Part shown: piece after piece, positions 51,535-60,130 of the stretch
Numbering within the stretch: the stretch's first letter is position 1
How the letters are laid out: each line of letters begins with the position of its first letter
DNA from: a virus
Taxonomy: Duplodnaviria; Caudoviricetes
Strand: one strand, 5' to 3'
Length of the DNA stretch: 64,000 nucleotides
IMG/VR virus record: IMGVR_UViG_3300037424_000564
Coordinates: 141,057 to 205,056 of that record
Notes under the pieces: generated by a model
The model's input: only the letters and a program-made list of their open reading frames with translations
Told to the model about the DNA's origin: nothing
Database searches by the model: none
Made by a program: the position numbers and the translations under genes

Positions 51535-52005
51535 TTAATCGAAAAGATAGTAACTAAAACCAATACCAATATCAAATGTGAAATTCTCTTCATCTGAACT
51601 TGAACTAGTTAATTGAATATCAGAAATGGATTTGAAAAAACAGTTATAGAAAGTAAGTTTATGTTGTATATTATTCTTATTAGTTGTTAGAAATAAAGTA
51701 GCATCAAATACTGGTTCTACTACATCTAAATTACCAAATACGGGTTCTGCCCCAGACATAATATAGTTGTATACTTCTTTGAACGCTATAAGATCTTCGT
51801 CGCATAAAACAGAAATATCTAGATCATTATATGTCAATGAATCTCCCGGTCTTGCATCATTAACAACCGAACGTGCAATATCTATAGTTCCCAGAGTAAG
51901 ACCGGGAATATTCGCAGTTGTTGTCATTAATTCAATTTGTTTTACATTTTTAAATTGAATTATAAAGTTTGAAACTTTAAATAAGTTTGTAGAAGTAGTT
52001 GTCAT
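51535..52005 (-). CDS. gp3: Tail tube terminator (T4 gp3-like)
   Basis: SNF, ANIPGLTLG, PGDSLTYNDL, CDEDL, FYNCF. Confidence 0.85.
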   Translation of the reverse strand: MTTTSTNLFKVSNFIIQFKNVKQIELMTTTANIPGLTLGTIDIARSVVNDARPGDSLTYNDLDISVLCDEDLIAFKEVYNYIMSGAEPVFGNLDVVEPVFDATLFLTTNKNNIQHKLTFYNCFFKSISDIQLTSSSSDEENFTFDIGIGFSYYLFD

Positions 52006-52025
52006 ATTAAACCTTTCGTTGTTAT

Positions 52026-52072
52026 TATTTATAAAAACAAAAACCTCTAATATAAACTAGAGGTTTTTGTTT
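52026..52072 (-). terminator. Terminator hairpin followed directly by a TATAAATA late promoter
   Basis: 15-bp stem (52035-52049 / 52058-52072); minus-strand TATAAATA at 52026-52033. Confidence 0.75.
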
Positions 52073-52092
52073 GTCATTTAATGTGTAATATT

Positions 52093-52647
52093 TTATACTA
52101 CTTCAAAATAATCATATTTTAAAGTAACACTAATTTCTTCCATAGAATCGTTTGAATCTTGAGAAAGATCAATAGCGGCGATTGTAACAGGATAAGCACC
52201 TATTAAACGATAAGTAGCAAGTACATCAGATGAAGTTCTACCTAATTGTTGTAGTTGAATGACATCAGATTTATATGCTCCCGGTTGACTTCTCTCATTG
52301 CTATCCATTTGAGCCATAACTTCTAACCAATTTTCAAAGAATGATCTTAAGTCCCATTCATAATTATTGATAAAAGTTAAAGTAATATCATCAAAGGTAG
52401 GATCGCCAGCAATATTATATTTCATACCTTGCCAGTTGATTTCAATATTACCAATGGTACGACCGGGAAGAGAAGCAGATTTTGCTAAAAATTCATGATA
52501 TTCTTTCCAAGGACTAAGAGATGCGTTATTATCAGCACCAGATGTAATAATTGCATTTGCTGGATCACCTAAAGCAACCCAGAAACGATTTGGTCTTGCA
52601 ACGTCAGTAACGTTACTTTTAAATTTCTTTAAACTTAATTCAGCCAT
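52093..52647 (-). CDS. gp19: Tail tube protein (gp19)
   Basis: DVARPNRFWV, KSASLPGRTIG, AGDPTFDDITLTFIN, GAYPVTIAAIDLS, EEISVTLKYDY. Confidence 0.88.
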   Translation of the reverse strand: MAELSLKKFKSNVTDVARPNRFWVALGDPANAIITSGADNNASLSPWKEYHEFLAKSASLPGRTIGNIEINWQGMKYNIAGDPTFDDITLTFINNYEWDLRSFFENWLEVMAQMDSNERSQPGAYKSDVIQLQQLGRTSSDVLATYRLIGAYPVTIAAIDLSQDSNDSMEEISVTLKYDYFEVV

Positions 52648-52670
52648 ATTGTAACTCCTTTATATAAATG

Positions 52671-53294
52671 TTATTTTAATTTACTCATTGTTTTTTTAAC
52701 ATTTGATTGTTTATTTTTACCCTCACCAAAATATTGATAATTAGCAACATATTGATTTTTTATTTTTGTTGGTTTAGCTACATATGCAGTAGGATATTGT
52801 TTTTTGAATTCTTTTATCTTCATAGCCAAATCATCTTCTGATTTAGCAACTAACGATCCTTGTGTTGGCACCATTCCTTTTACAAATCCTTTAACTTTAC
52901 CTAAGATAGAAGTATCTTCTTTTTTAGGTTGTGTTCTTGGTTTAGATTTAGGTTTAGGTTTTGGTTTAGATGTTGTTTTATCTTCATCATCTTCATCATC
53001 GTCATTATCTAATTGTTCATTATCTGAATATAAATCTCTTTTCTTAAGAGTATTGACAAAGTTTTTAAGATCTTGAATGCTATTTGGAGATAACCCTTTA
53101 ATAGATGTAGTAAGTTCTTTTATTAACTTTTCGGTTTGGTCTTGGGATAGAGAAACCTTTTCCTTTTTCTTGTCAATTGGGTTAACTTTATTTTTAGCTT
53201 CTTGTTCTTTTTCAAAATCAAGATATGATTTTTTATAATCGAAAGTTTCTTCAGCCATAACTGTTTCTAATATATTATTAAAATTAATTTTCAT
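52671..53294 (-). CDS. Charged hypothetical protein (possible internal/core protein)
   Basis: Starts MKINFNNILE; acidic and KP-rich linker. Confidence 0.6.
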   Translation of the reverse strand: MKINFNNILETVMAEETFDYKKSYLDFEKEQEAKNKVNPIDKKKEKVSLSQDQTEKLIKELTTSIKGLSPNSIQDLKNFVNTLKKRDLYSDNEQLDNDDDEDDEDKTTSKPKPKPKSKPRTQPKKEDTSILGKVKGFVKGMVPTQGSLVAKSEDDLAMKIKEFKKQYPTAYVAKPTKIKNQYVANYQYFGEGKNKQSNVKKTMSKLK

Positions 53295-53967
53295 TTGTAT
53301 ACACCCTTTTATTTAATCTTATAAAATACATGATAGGGAAATTAGACTGTAAACCTATTGTTCTGGTTCTTTCGTATACTCCTTCTAATCCATCTGTCAT
53401 ATCACCTTTTATTGATCCTGATTGATCTCCGCCATTTCCAGCTTTAGTATTTGCTTCTATTGTATAAATATTTAGATTTTTATCAATATACCTAACTAAA
53501 CCAGCATGACCATAATAATTATATCCACTAAATGTAGAGCTACCATGTTTCCATGATGCAATATCTCCCGGTTCAGGTGTATAAATTCCCCATTTGATTT
53601 GTTTGGATGATATTACTTTGAATGTTAATGGACGTTTACTACAATATTCAGCAAATCTAGCAACTCCTGCATAATTAGGATATGGAGATTTTAAATTTAT
53701 ACTTTTAAATACTACATCAAATGAATAAGCTTGAAATGCCTGACAATATGAGTATCCCGGTCCAAGACCACAAAATTTTAACCATTTATCTATTTCTGGA
53801 TTATCATTATTATTTGTAGCTTCACGAACATTCAAATGTGTTTTTTCATATGCTATTATTTCATTAGAAATATTGATTTCAGGCTCAGTCGCGTGGCAAG
53901 TTGAGGCACACCCTCCATAAACAAATGAAGGAAAAAATATGATTAGAAATAATAGAACTTTTATCAT
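53284..53967 (-). CDS. CHAP/NlpC-P60-type cell-wall peptidase (putative endolysin) with N-terminal signal
   Basis: YSYCQAF (Cys), PGDI, GHAGLV (His), TIEANT. Confidence 0.8.
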   Translation of the reverse strand: MIKVLLFLIIFFPSFVYGGCASTCHATEPEINISNEIIAYEKTHLNVREATNNNDNPEIDKWLKFCGLGPGYSYCQAFQAYSFDVVFKSINLKSPYPNYAGVARFAEYCSKRPLTFKVISSKQIKWGIYTPEPGDIASWKHGSSTFSGYNYYGHAGLVRYIDKNLNIYTIEANTKAGNGGDQSGSIKGDMTDGLEGVYERTRTIGLQSNFPIMYFIRLNKRVYTNEN

Positions 53968-54474
53968 TTATCTGTTACTCATTTTGTAGTCTGCTGCATC
54001 CATATCATCACCAGCATCACTACCAGAAATAACTTTTTGAGCAGGACATTTTTTATTATGATCTGAAGCAGATAATGAAGATTCACCATCACAGTCGCAA
54101 ACAGATTCAACTTTTTTAACTAATGCATCTTTTGATTTACCTTCAGACATTTCTTTTTTAAATTTGCCTTTTTTCTTTTTGCATTTGCATTTATCGCCAC
54201 ATTTACCATCACAACCACATTTACCATCACAACCACATTTACCATCACAACCACATTTACCATCACATTCAAAAATAAGTAAGGATCTCTCAATGTTATT
54301 CATAATATTCTCTCTCTTTTCTTTTTTATAATTTTGCGCCATTTTATTTACAGTACCTGAAACAGCTTTCCAATCATCACCATATTCTTTCTTTGCTATG
54401 TTCCAAAATTCTTCAACTACCGTTAGAGGTAGATTATATCTTTTAGCGTAAGTTTTAATATGTGGGATAGGCAT
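53968..54474 (-). CDS. Hypothetical protein with CDGKCG tandem repeats
   Basis: N-terminal helical domain followed by four CDGKCG units. Confidence 0.7.
   Translation of the reverse strand: MPIPHIKTYAKRYNLPLTVVEEFWNIAKKEYGDDWKAVSGTVNKMAQNYKKEKRENIMNNIERSLLIFECDGKCGCDGKCGCDGKCGCDGKCGDKCKCKKKKGKFKKEMSEGKSKDALVKKVESVCDCDGESSLSASDHNKKCPAQKVISGSDAGDDMDAADYKMSNR
54197..54267. repeat. 18-nt tandem repeat (about 4 copies) encoding CDGKCG
   Basis: CCACATTTACCATCACAA at 54197, 54215, 54233 and nearly complete at 54251. Confidence 0.9.
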
Positions 54475-54475
54475 A

Positions 54476-54838
54476 TTACATCAATCCTTTAGAAATAACT
54501 AAAGCCAACGCAAGCCAAATACCCATTTGATATATAGCGGCAGCTATATTATGATCATCAAAAATTTCTTTTTGGATATCTCGTTTCGTTCCTAATTGGA
54601 ATTTTTGTAATCCAAATCCAACTAAGAGTAAAATTACAACATTGAATACTATACCAGTACCCATACTAATAATAGTATCAATATCTACTCTAGTAAACAT
54701 AGTTAAGTAACTAATAAGGGCTACTGTTCCAATCACGAATGCAGTATTGAAATGGCTTTCTTTAGCTTCAAATTTGTCATATTTGTCAATCAGTTTGTTT
54801 TTCATAATAGTTACCTTTGATTTAAAATATTCATTCAT
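54476..54838 (-). CDS. DUF350-like membrane protein (possible holin)
   Basis: Three hydrophobic segments; IQKEIFDDHNIAAAIYQMGIWLALALVIS. Confidence 0.55.
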   Translation of the reverse strand: MNEYFKSKVTIMKNKLIDKYDKFEAKESHFNTAFVIGTVALISYLTMFTRVDIDTIISMGTGIVFNVVILLLVGFGLQKFQLGTKRDIQKEIFDDHNIAAAIYQMGIWLALALVISKGLM

Positions 54839-54857
54839 AATTAGTTCCTAGTTTGGG

Positions 54858-55520
54858 TTAGATTTCTGGTTCTTCTTCTGTAGTTTCTTCGTCAGGTATT
54901 TCTTCAATTTCTTCATCTTCTTCGTCTTTGATATTATCAAGACCAGTAAATTCTTTGATTATCCATCCACCATCATCTGAATCGAATTCCAAAGAAGCTT
55001 TAATTTTAAAATCTGTAGAGTTTACTGATAGAACTGGTTTGGTTGCTTCAATACGTTTTTGAATTTCAGAGTTTCCATTTTTATAATTAATGAAGTCAAC
55101 ATTATCATTTGCTCCAATTTTTTGAGAGATGATAATTCCCATATAATATTGTTCTGCTGATTCATCTGTATATCCGTGAATCTTTTCGCCTAACGATGCC
55201 AAATAGGAAAGATGATTTTTGATATTATGATAATCATCTTTAGTAAAAAATCTAGGATGCCCTTGATTCTCTGTTGTCAACACACCTTGTATTTTTCTTT
55301 TTAGATCTGAAGATTTGGTTAGTTGTTCTATTTCTTCTTTTTTGAAAAATATGATTCTATATATATTTGAAGTATCTCTAGTATGATATTTATCAGTATA
55401 GTTACCAAAATTCTTAGCTGCTAATGCCCATTTACCTTCAAATACATCTTCAACAAATGCATTGAATGTATCATCTTCTTTTGCTTCTCTTAAGAATTTC
55501 TTGAAGTTATTAAATCTCAT
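54858..55520 (-). CDS. Putative internal head protein
   Basis: Starts MRFNNFKKFLRE; acidic tail. Confidence 0.6.
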   Translation of the reverse strand: MRFNNFKKFLREAKEDDTFNAFVEDVFEGKWALAAKNFGNYTDKYHTRDTSNIYRIIFFKKEEIEQLTKSSDLKRKIQGVLTTENQGHPRFFTKDDYHNIKNHLSYLASLGEKIHGYTDESAEQYYMGIIISQKIGANDNVDFINYKNGNSEIQKRIEATKPVLSVNSTDFKIKASLEFDSDDGGWIIKEFTGLDNIKDEEDEEIEEIPDEETTEEEPEI

Positions 55521-55870
55521 TATTCGATCCTTAAAAATGTAAAAAAGTAATTTCCATTATCATTTTTCTTTAATTCAACATGTAATTTTTTAGTAATATT
55601 TTCATCAGATTTTGATTGTAAATTAAAATGCATATTGGCATCAGTGTTAAGTACAATACCAGTTCCATCAAAAGGAACACCATCTTTTAGAATTACTAGA
55701 TCAATACCATTCTCTTTAAATAATTGATTAATTTGTGTGAAAAGATCTTTAGGATTTGCTTGTTCGTTATCAAATTCATCAGGCATATCACCATTTGTAT
55801 ATTTCAGTAATATGCTATTAGCATAGCTATATGCTTGTTGTTCTTGTAAGTAAATCCTAAATGGTTTCAT
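55520..55870 (-). CDS. Putative internal head protein
   Basis: Starts MKPFRIYLQE. Confidence 0.6.
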   Translation of the reverse strand: MKPFRIYLQEQQAYSYANSILLKYTNGDMPDEFDNEQANPKDLFTQINQLFKENGIDLVILKDGVPFDGTGIVLNTDANMHFNLQSKSDENITKKLHVELKKNDNGNYFFTFLRIE

Positions 55871-55879
55871 GATGCTTCC

Positions 55880-56716
55880 TTATGTATGTTTGCTATATAT
55901 TAATTTAATACTTCCATCGTCTTCAACAGAAGCTATTGCGTATTTTGTGTGATTATATAATCCCTGAGATTTAGTTGTGAATCCATAATCTAGAATAACA
56001 GGTCTTCCTTTATAAACTCCCCAATTCTCAGTGTTTATCAAATCATCTAGATTCAATCCTGCTTCTTGTAAATGTATTAATTCTTGAATATGTTGAAAAT
56101 GTTGCTCATTGATATACTTACCTACAACCAATTTATGTAATTTATATCTACGATCATCAATTAACATATATGAATATGCTGATATATGTTTTTGTTCAGG
56201 ATACAATTCTTTGAAAGCATTACTTAGTTGACCAAACCAAGATTCAAATATTCTATTGAATTCTGCACTAGCTGGTTGATCTGCATATGGCATCTGAATC
56301 CAATTTGAAGTTGTTTTAAGTTTTTTACCAGTAGGATCTTGAACTGATAGACTAATCGCATGATTTTTACTAGTATCAATTATAGGCAAAAGACATTTAT
56401 ATTTTTTAAATTTTTTGTATACTTTTATCTCTTCTTCATTTTGAGCTATACCTCTTGAATTCAAAGCTACTTTGATTACAGTATCGGCTAATCCTTCAAT
56501 TAGATCTAGATCCCCAGTACCTTGTTTGAATTGAGAAGGTTCTACACCAACACGGAAAGCGACTCTGGAAGAACCTTCGCCTAATTTTACAGAAGTTTTA
56601 TTTAATGCATTTTCGGCTTTTTCGCTACTATATTTACCGGCATCTGGTGTTAATGCATCAGGAGCCATATTCTTAGGTAAAGGCATTTCATTTAAGTATT
56701 TAATAAAAGTGAGCAT
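55880..56716 (-). CDS. Protein-kinase-like fold protein (paralog 2)
   Basis: LGEGSSRVAF, VIKVALNSRGIAQNEEE, DDLINTENWG, ILDYGF; starts MLTFIKYLNE. Confidence 0.7.
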   Translation of the reverse strand: MLTFIKYLNEMPLPKNMAPDALTPDAGKYSSEKAENALNKTSVKLGEGSSRVAFRVGVEPSQFKQGTGDLDLIEGLADTVIKVALNSRGIAQNEEEIKVYKKFKKYKCLLPIIDTSKNHAISLSVQDPTGKKLKTTSNWIQMPYADQPASAEFNRIFESWFGQLSNAFKELYPEQKHISAYSYMLIDDRRYKLHKLVVGKYINEQHFQHIQELIHLQEAGLNLDDLINTENWGVYKGRPVILDYGFTTKSQGLYNHTKYAIASVEDDGSIKLIYSKHT

Positions 56717-56724
56717 ATATTTTC

Positions 56725-56946
56725 CTACTTTGGATGACAAGGAATACATCCTTGTTCATCTTGAATTTTAAGTTGTTCTTCTGTTAATAGTGTATGAGGT
56801 ACAATTTTGAAATCTTCAATATGATATGTTACTGTTGACATAACTTCATCATTATTTATACCGAATTCATATTTATTTTCTAGATATGGAAATAAGATCA
56901 TCAAAATTGCAATAAGTACGTATGTTGCTATGTTCCATTTAGTCAT
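56725..56946 (-). CDS. Small membrane-anchored protein with C-terminal CxxCH (TAG stop)
   Basis: N-terminal TM segment; ends GCIPCHPK. Confidence 0.55.
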   Translation of the reverse strand: MTKWNIATYVLIAILMILFPYLENKYEFGINNDEVMSTVTYHIEDFKIVPHTLLTEEQLKIQDEQGCIPCHPK

Positions 56947-56983
56947 AAGTAAACTCCATTGTCTTTTTTATTTATGAAAATAA

Positions 56984-57015
56984 AAAAGCCCATCTAAATT
57001 AATAGATGGGCTTTT
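56984..57015. terminator. Intrinsic terminator
   Basis: AAAAGCCCATCTA-aattaa-TAGATGGGCTTTT. Confidence 0.8.
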
Positions 57016-57032
57016 GAACAATTAATTAAAAA

Positions 57033-57641
57033 TTAGTCAAGAATACCAAATTGTTTATCGAACCACTCTTGTTTCTTTTTTGTAGCTTCAATTCCATCAA
57101 GGAATTTATTGATATGTTTTGAAGTTGTGGTTGAATGTTTAGTATCAGTCATAATAGCAGTATCACCATCTTTAACAGCAACAGGAGTTTTATAGCTATA
57201 AAGAATTTTCTTACCACCTTTGGTAACTACAGTTGTAGAAGCTTCTAATAGTTCCATTGCTTCTTTGACAGAAACTTTTCTACCAGATCTAGCTTTTTCT
57301 GCATTAGCCTGACGTTTAAGTTTCATTTCAGGATCTACCTCTTTGGTAGCTTTAATATCTTCTTTTTCTTTACCGCTTTTAGGACGTTCAGAGTAAAGAG
57401 GACATTTGTTAATTGTACAAGTTTTAGGATGATCATCACCAGCACATTCATAGCATTTTGCTTGAATGATATTACGAAAAACTTCTGTAGGTTTAGCATT
57501 ACCTGACTCAAGAGCAGTTACTACTTTTTGAAGATGATTAACTAACTTGTTATCATTTGGTAATGGATTGCTTTGTTTCTTTGTTTTTTCAATTTGCTTT
57601 TTGATGGAAGCAATTATACTTGCATTTGCGTTGTCAGCCAT
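57033..57641 (-). CDS. Two-domain hypothetical protein
   Basis: CYECAG...C...CPLY domain, then LYSYKTPVA...HSTTTSKHINKFL domain. Confidence 0.65.
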   Translation of the reverse strand: MADNANASIIASIKKQIEKTKKQSNPLPNDNKLVNHLQKVVTALESGNAKPTEVFRNIIQAKCYECAGDDHPKTCTINKCPLYSERPKSGKEKEDIKATKEVDPEMKLKRQANAEKARSGRKVSVKEAMELLEASTTVVTKGGKKILYSYKTPVAVKDGDTAIMTDTKHSTTTSKHINKFLDGIEATKKKQEWFDKQFGILD

Positions 57642-57652
57642 TTGATATCTCC

Positions 57653-57958
57653 TTATAGATTATCTTTGTAGTTATCCATATTCTTTTTCTTAGCATCTAG
57701 CATCTTTTGAATATGTTCAGGTGATTTTTGTGATCTAGCATCACCTTCTTTATCAAATTTAATTCGCAATGCTTGCTTAAGAAGAGAATCATTAGTATCT
57801 TTACGATAACCAAAAGGCTCATTTGGATCATCATCATACTGAATTTTCTTACGGATAAGTTTTTGTAGTTTTAAGTTACCTTCATCTTCAGCATTGTATG
57901 CTTCTGATACGATTTCGTCTTGTGTCTTTAATCCTGCAATTAATTCTAATAACCCCAT
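57653..57958 (-). CDS. Hypothetical protein
   Basis: 101 aa; AAGGAG site. Confidence 0.6.
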   Translation of the reverse strand: MGLLELIAGLKTQDEIVSEAYNAEDEGNLKLQKLIRKKIQYDDDPNEPFGYRKDTNDSLLKQALRIKFDKEGDARSQKSPEHIQKMLDAKKKNMDNYKDNL

Positions 57959-58027
57959 GTTAAACTCCTTTTGAGTGTGTAATAAATAGTTTATATTATT
58001 TAGAAAAATAAAAATAAAGGATCATTT

Positions 58028-58147
58028 ATGAATTGTGAGATCTGCGGCAAACCATATCACCATAAACATCATATCATATCAAAATCATTTGGTGGAAAAA
58101 ATGGTAAAGAAAATATAGCATTTTTATGTGCTAGTTGTCACGTCTAA
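58028..58147 (+). pseudogene. Truncated HNH endonuclease remnant
   Basis: MNCEICGKPYHHKHHIISKSFGGKNGKENIAFLCASCHV-stop; the motif breaks off before the last His. Confidence 0.6.
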
Positions 58148-58165
58148 CCACAAGCATCATATCAA

Positions 58166-58723
58166 CTACTTTTGATGTTCTATTATTTTTTTAATATGAT
58201 TCAAAAACATATCTACTGAATGATCTAGTTTCATTCTGTTACATATCTCGCAACATGTAACACAATTATCAATATCATACCCCTTTGAATTATCTACTCT
58301 ATCAATTCCATTATAAATATATAACTCGTTATTATAATTTCGTTTGACTGTTTTTGGCGACGAAGAAGGTGGAGAACCACAATAATAACAATTATCTTTC
58401 GTTAACATAGAAAATTCTTTTCTTGTTAATGTAAAACTTTTTTTATATCTATAACTTGCTCTAGTTTTATAAACTGAATATAATTTCCTTTCATTTGGGT
58501 TATCATACTTAGCTTTACATTTTCCCATACCACAACTTAATGATCCAAATTTTCTAAAATGATATGCTGATTTAGAATAACTTCTGTATGACTCGTTACC
58601 ACATAAACAGCGAGTTAACCAATATGCATTTTGATGATTTATGTCATCCCCACGCATTTCATACTTATCGAGAAATGTAATACTTCCTATCACTTCTCCT
58701 TCTCTGTTCTTTATTACTCCCAT
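58166..58723 (-). mobile_element. HNH homing endonuclease (TAG stop)
   Basis: WLTRCLCGN, SCG..C, CYYCG, NGIDRVDNSKGYDIDNCVTCCEICNRMK. Confidence 0.85.
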
Positions 58724-58742
58724 GTCTATACTCCTTAAATAA

Positions 58743-58793
58743 TTTTCCCTTCAATGTTATTTATAAAATAAAACAAAAACATTGAAGGGAAAA
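58743..58793 (-). promoter_or_regulatory. TATAAATA late promoter inside a 16-bp inverted repeat upstream of the HNH gene
   Basis: TTTTCCCTTCAATGTT (58743-58758) / AACATTGAAGGGAAAA (58778-58793); TATAAATA at 58758-58765. Confidence 0.7.
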
Positions 58794-58798
58794 GAAGA

Positions 58799-58833
58799 AA
58801 ACCCTATCACCGGACTAGCTGATGATAGGGTTT
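58799..58833 (-). terminator. Terminator closing the amber-leader operon
   Basis: AAACCCTATCA / TGATAGGGTTT stem followed by TTCTTCTTTT on the minus strand. Confidence 0.65.
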
Positions 58834-58836
58834 ATA

Positions 58837-58905
58837 TTAAGTAGCAAAACATTTCTTACATTGTGGTGTATGAGACTTACCACACTCTTTACATTTCTTG
58901 CACAT
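58837..58905 (-). CDS. 22-aa Cys-rich micro-protein
   Basis: MCKKCKECGKSHTPQCKKCFAT; GAGGT site 7 nt upstream. Confidence 0.45.
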   Translation of the reverse strand: MCKKCKECGKSHTPQCKKCFAT

Positions 58906-58942
58906 AATCAATACCTCTTCTTTTGAGATATGATTATTTATC

Positions 58943-59260
58943 TTATTTGTACATTTTAAATTTTTTGAAGAACTTTCTATCCTCTCCATAAATTGGTTCT
59001 GTAGCAATTGCAGTAAAACCAGTTTCGTGATCAGGCTCGTAAAACATGTGAGACTTAATTCCTTGTAAATCCAATTTCAACTTTATATCAATCAATTTTG
59101 CCTGATCTTTGACCTCAAACAAAATAAAGTGACATGTCTTTTCAGGATGCTCAATTTGTTTCGTTATTTCTTGAGTTGAGTGAGCCGCCTGTATTATTTG
59201 ATAATGTAAAGACATGTCTTTTCTAATGAAGCAATAAGTATAAGGAGTCTAATTACGCAT
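58943..59260 (-). CDS. Peptidyl-tRNA hydrolase (Pth2)-like protein with in-frame amber codon at position 4
   Basis: AAGGAG-7 nt-ATG CGT AAT TAG ACT CCT TAT ACT TAT TGC TTC ATT AGA AAA GAC ATG...; read-through gives YTYCFIRKDM...QIIQAAHS...FYEPD...TAIATEP, which restores the family's first beta-strand. Confidence 0.72.
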
Positions 59261-59591
59261 TGTCAGTCTCCTTTAGAATAGCTCTAATTGCAATCAAATG
59301 ATCTTCTGTTAAGATACCACCAAACGGTGGTAGAATCCATTCTGGACGTGCATTGCAAACATAATTCATAGCTTTTCTATATGCTTCATTTCCAGTTTTA
59401 CCTTGACAAATTAATTTTCTCTTGGATTGCTTTTCTGGTGATGCAAAACATTGTTTAGGATCTTTGTCTCGTAAAATTGCGTAAAGAGCAAAGTCGTATC
59501 CAGAGAAATTGTAGTTGTCTTTGCATGATTGTTTCCATGCTTTGATCATGTTTAGATATTGTTCTTTAGATTCAAAAATTTCCATTTTCAT
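59253..59591 (-). CDS. Hypothetical protein, first full gene of the amber-leader operon
   Basis: 112 aa; stop overlaps the Pth2-like ATG (ATGCGTAA). Confidence 0.75.
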   Translation of the reverse strand: MKMEIFESKEQYLNMIKAWKQSCKDNYNFSGYDFALYAILRDKDPKQCFASPEKQSKRKLICQGKTGNEAYRKAMNYVCNARPEWILPPFGGILTEDHLIAIRAILKETDNA

Positions 59592-59601
59592 AGTGTGTAA
59601 T

Positions 59602-59661
59602 CCTTTATAGGTGATTAAGTTAAGTTAAGTTAAGTATACTTCACGTTATTTCCTATAAAAG
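59602..59661 (-). promoter_or_regulatory. Translational attenuator hairpin sequestering the SD of the 112-aa gene
   Basis: CTTTTATAGG (59661-59652) pairs with CCTATAAAGG (59611-59602), which overlaps the SD AAAGGA (59606-59601). Confidence 0.55.
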
Positions 59662-59697
59662 TTACGGTGGTCTATTTGAATGTGTCTATCGTTTCAT
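59662..59697 (-). CDS. Leader peptide M-K-R-[amber]-T-H-S-N-R-P-P
   Basis: GGAGG-5 nt-ATG AAA CGA TAG ACA CAT TCA AAT AGA CCA CCG TAA. Confidence 0.65.
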
Positions 59698-59747
59698 ATC
59701 AGCCTCCATGTGTTAGGGTTAAAGTTACGATCTATTCATAAAATCAT

Positions 59748-59776
59748 ATCATATCATTAGATTGGTTATCTGTCAA
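59748..59776 (-). promoter_or_regulatory. Early sigma70-type promoter of the amber-leader operon
   Basis: TTGACA-17-TATGAT. Confidence 0.8.
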
Positions 59777-59783
59777 TTAAAAA

Positions 59784-60083
59784 TCACCATCTATCTTGCC
59801 AACAAAGACAACTATCTTTTCTACCAGCAAGAAAATCTTCTGCTGCACGTAAACAACAAGGATCTGCACCAACTCGTTTTTTATATTCAGTAATTGTATT
59901 TTCAGTTTTAGATTTTCTGATTCTTAGTGATTTTAAAAGTTCAAGTTCTTCTTCAGTAGGTTCAAAATTTTCTTCATTTGGAATCCAAGCTTGATATCCA
60001 TCAACTATATGACATGGATAGTTAGCTGATGAATTACGACAATCATGTTGTCTACCACATGTAGAACAATTTTTTATTTCCAT
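59784..60083 (-). CDS. Hypothetical Cys-containing protein
   Basis: 99 aa ORF with AAGGA site. Confidence 0.65.
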   Translation of the reverse strand: MEIKNCSTCGRQHDCRNSSANYPCHIVDGYQAWIPNEENFEPTEEELELLKSLRIRKSKTENTITEYKKRVGADPCCLRAAEDFLAGRKDSCLCWQDRW

Positions 60084-60130
60084 TTTATTTTCCTTAAATT
60101 TGAAAATTTAATCTACCCAGATTCCATTAT

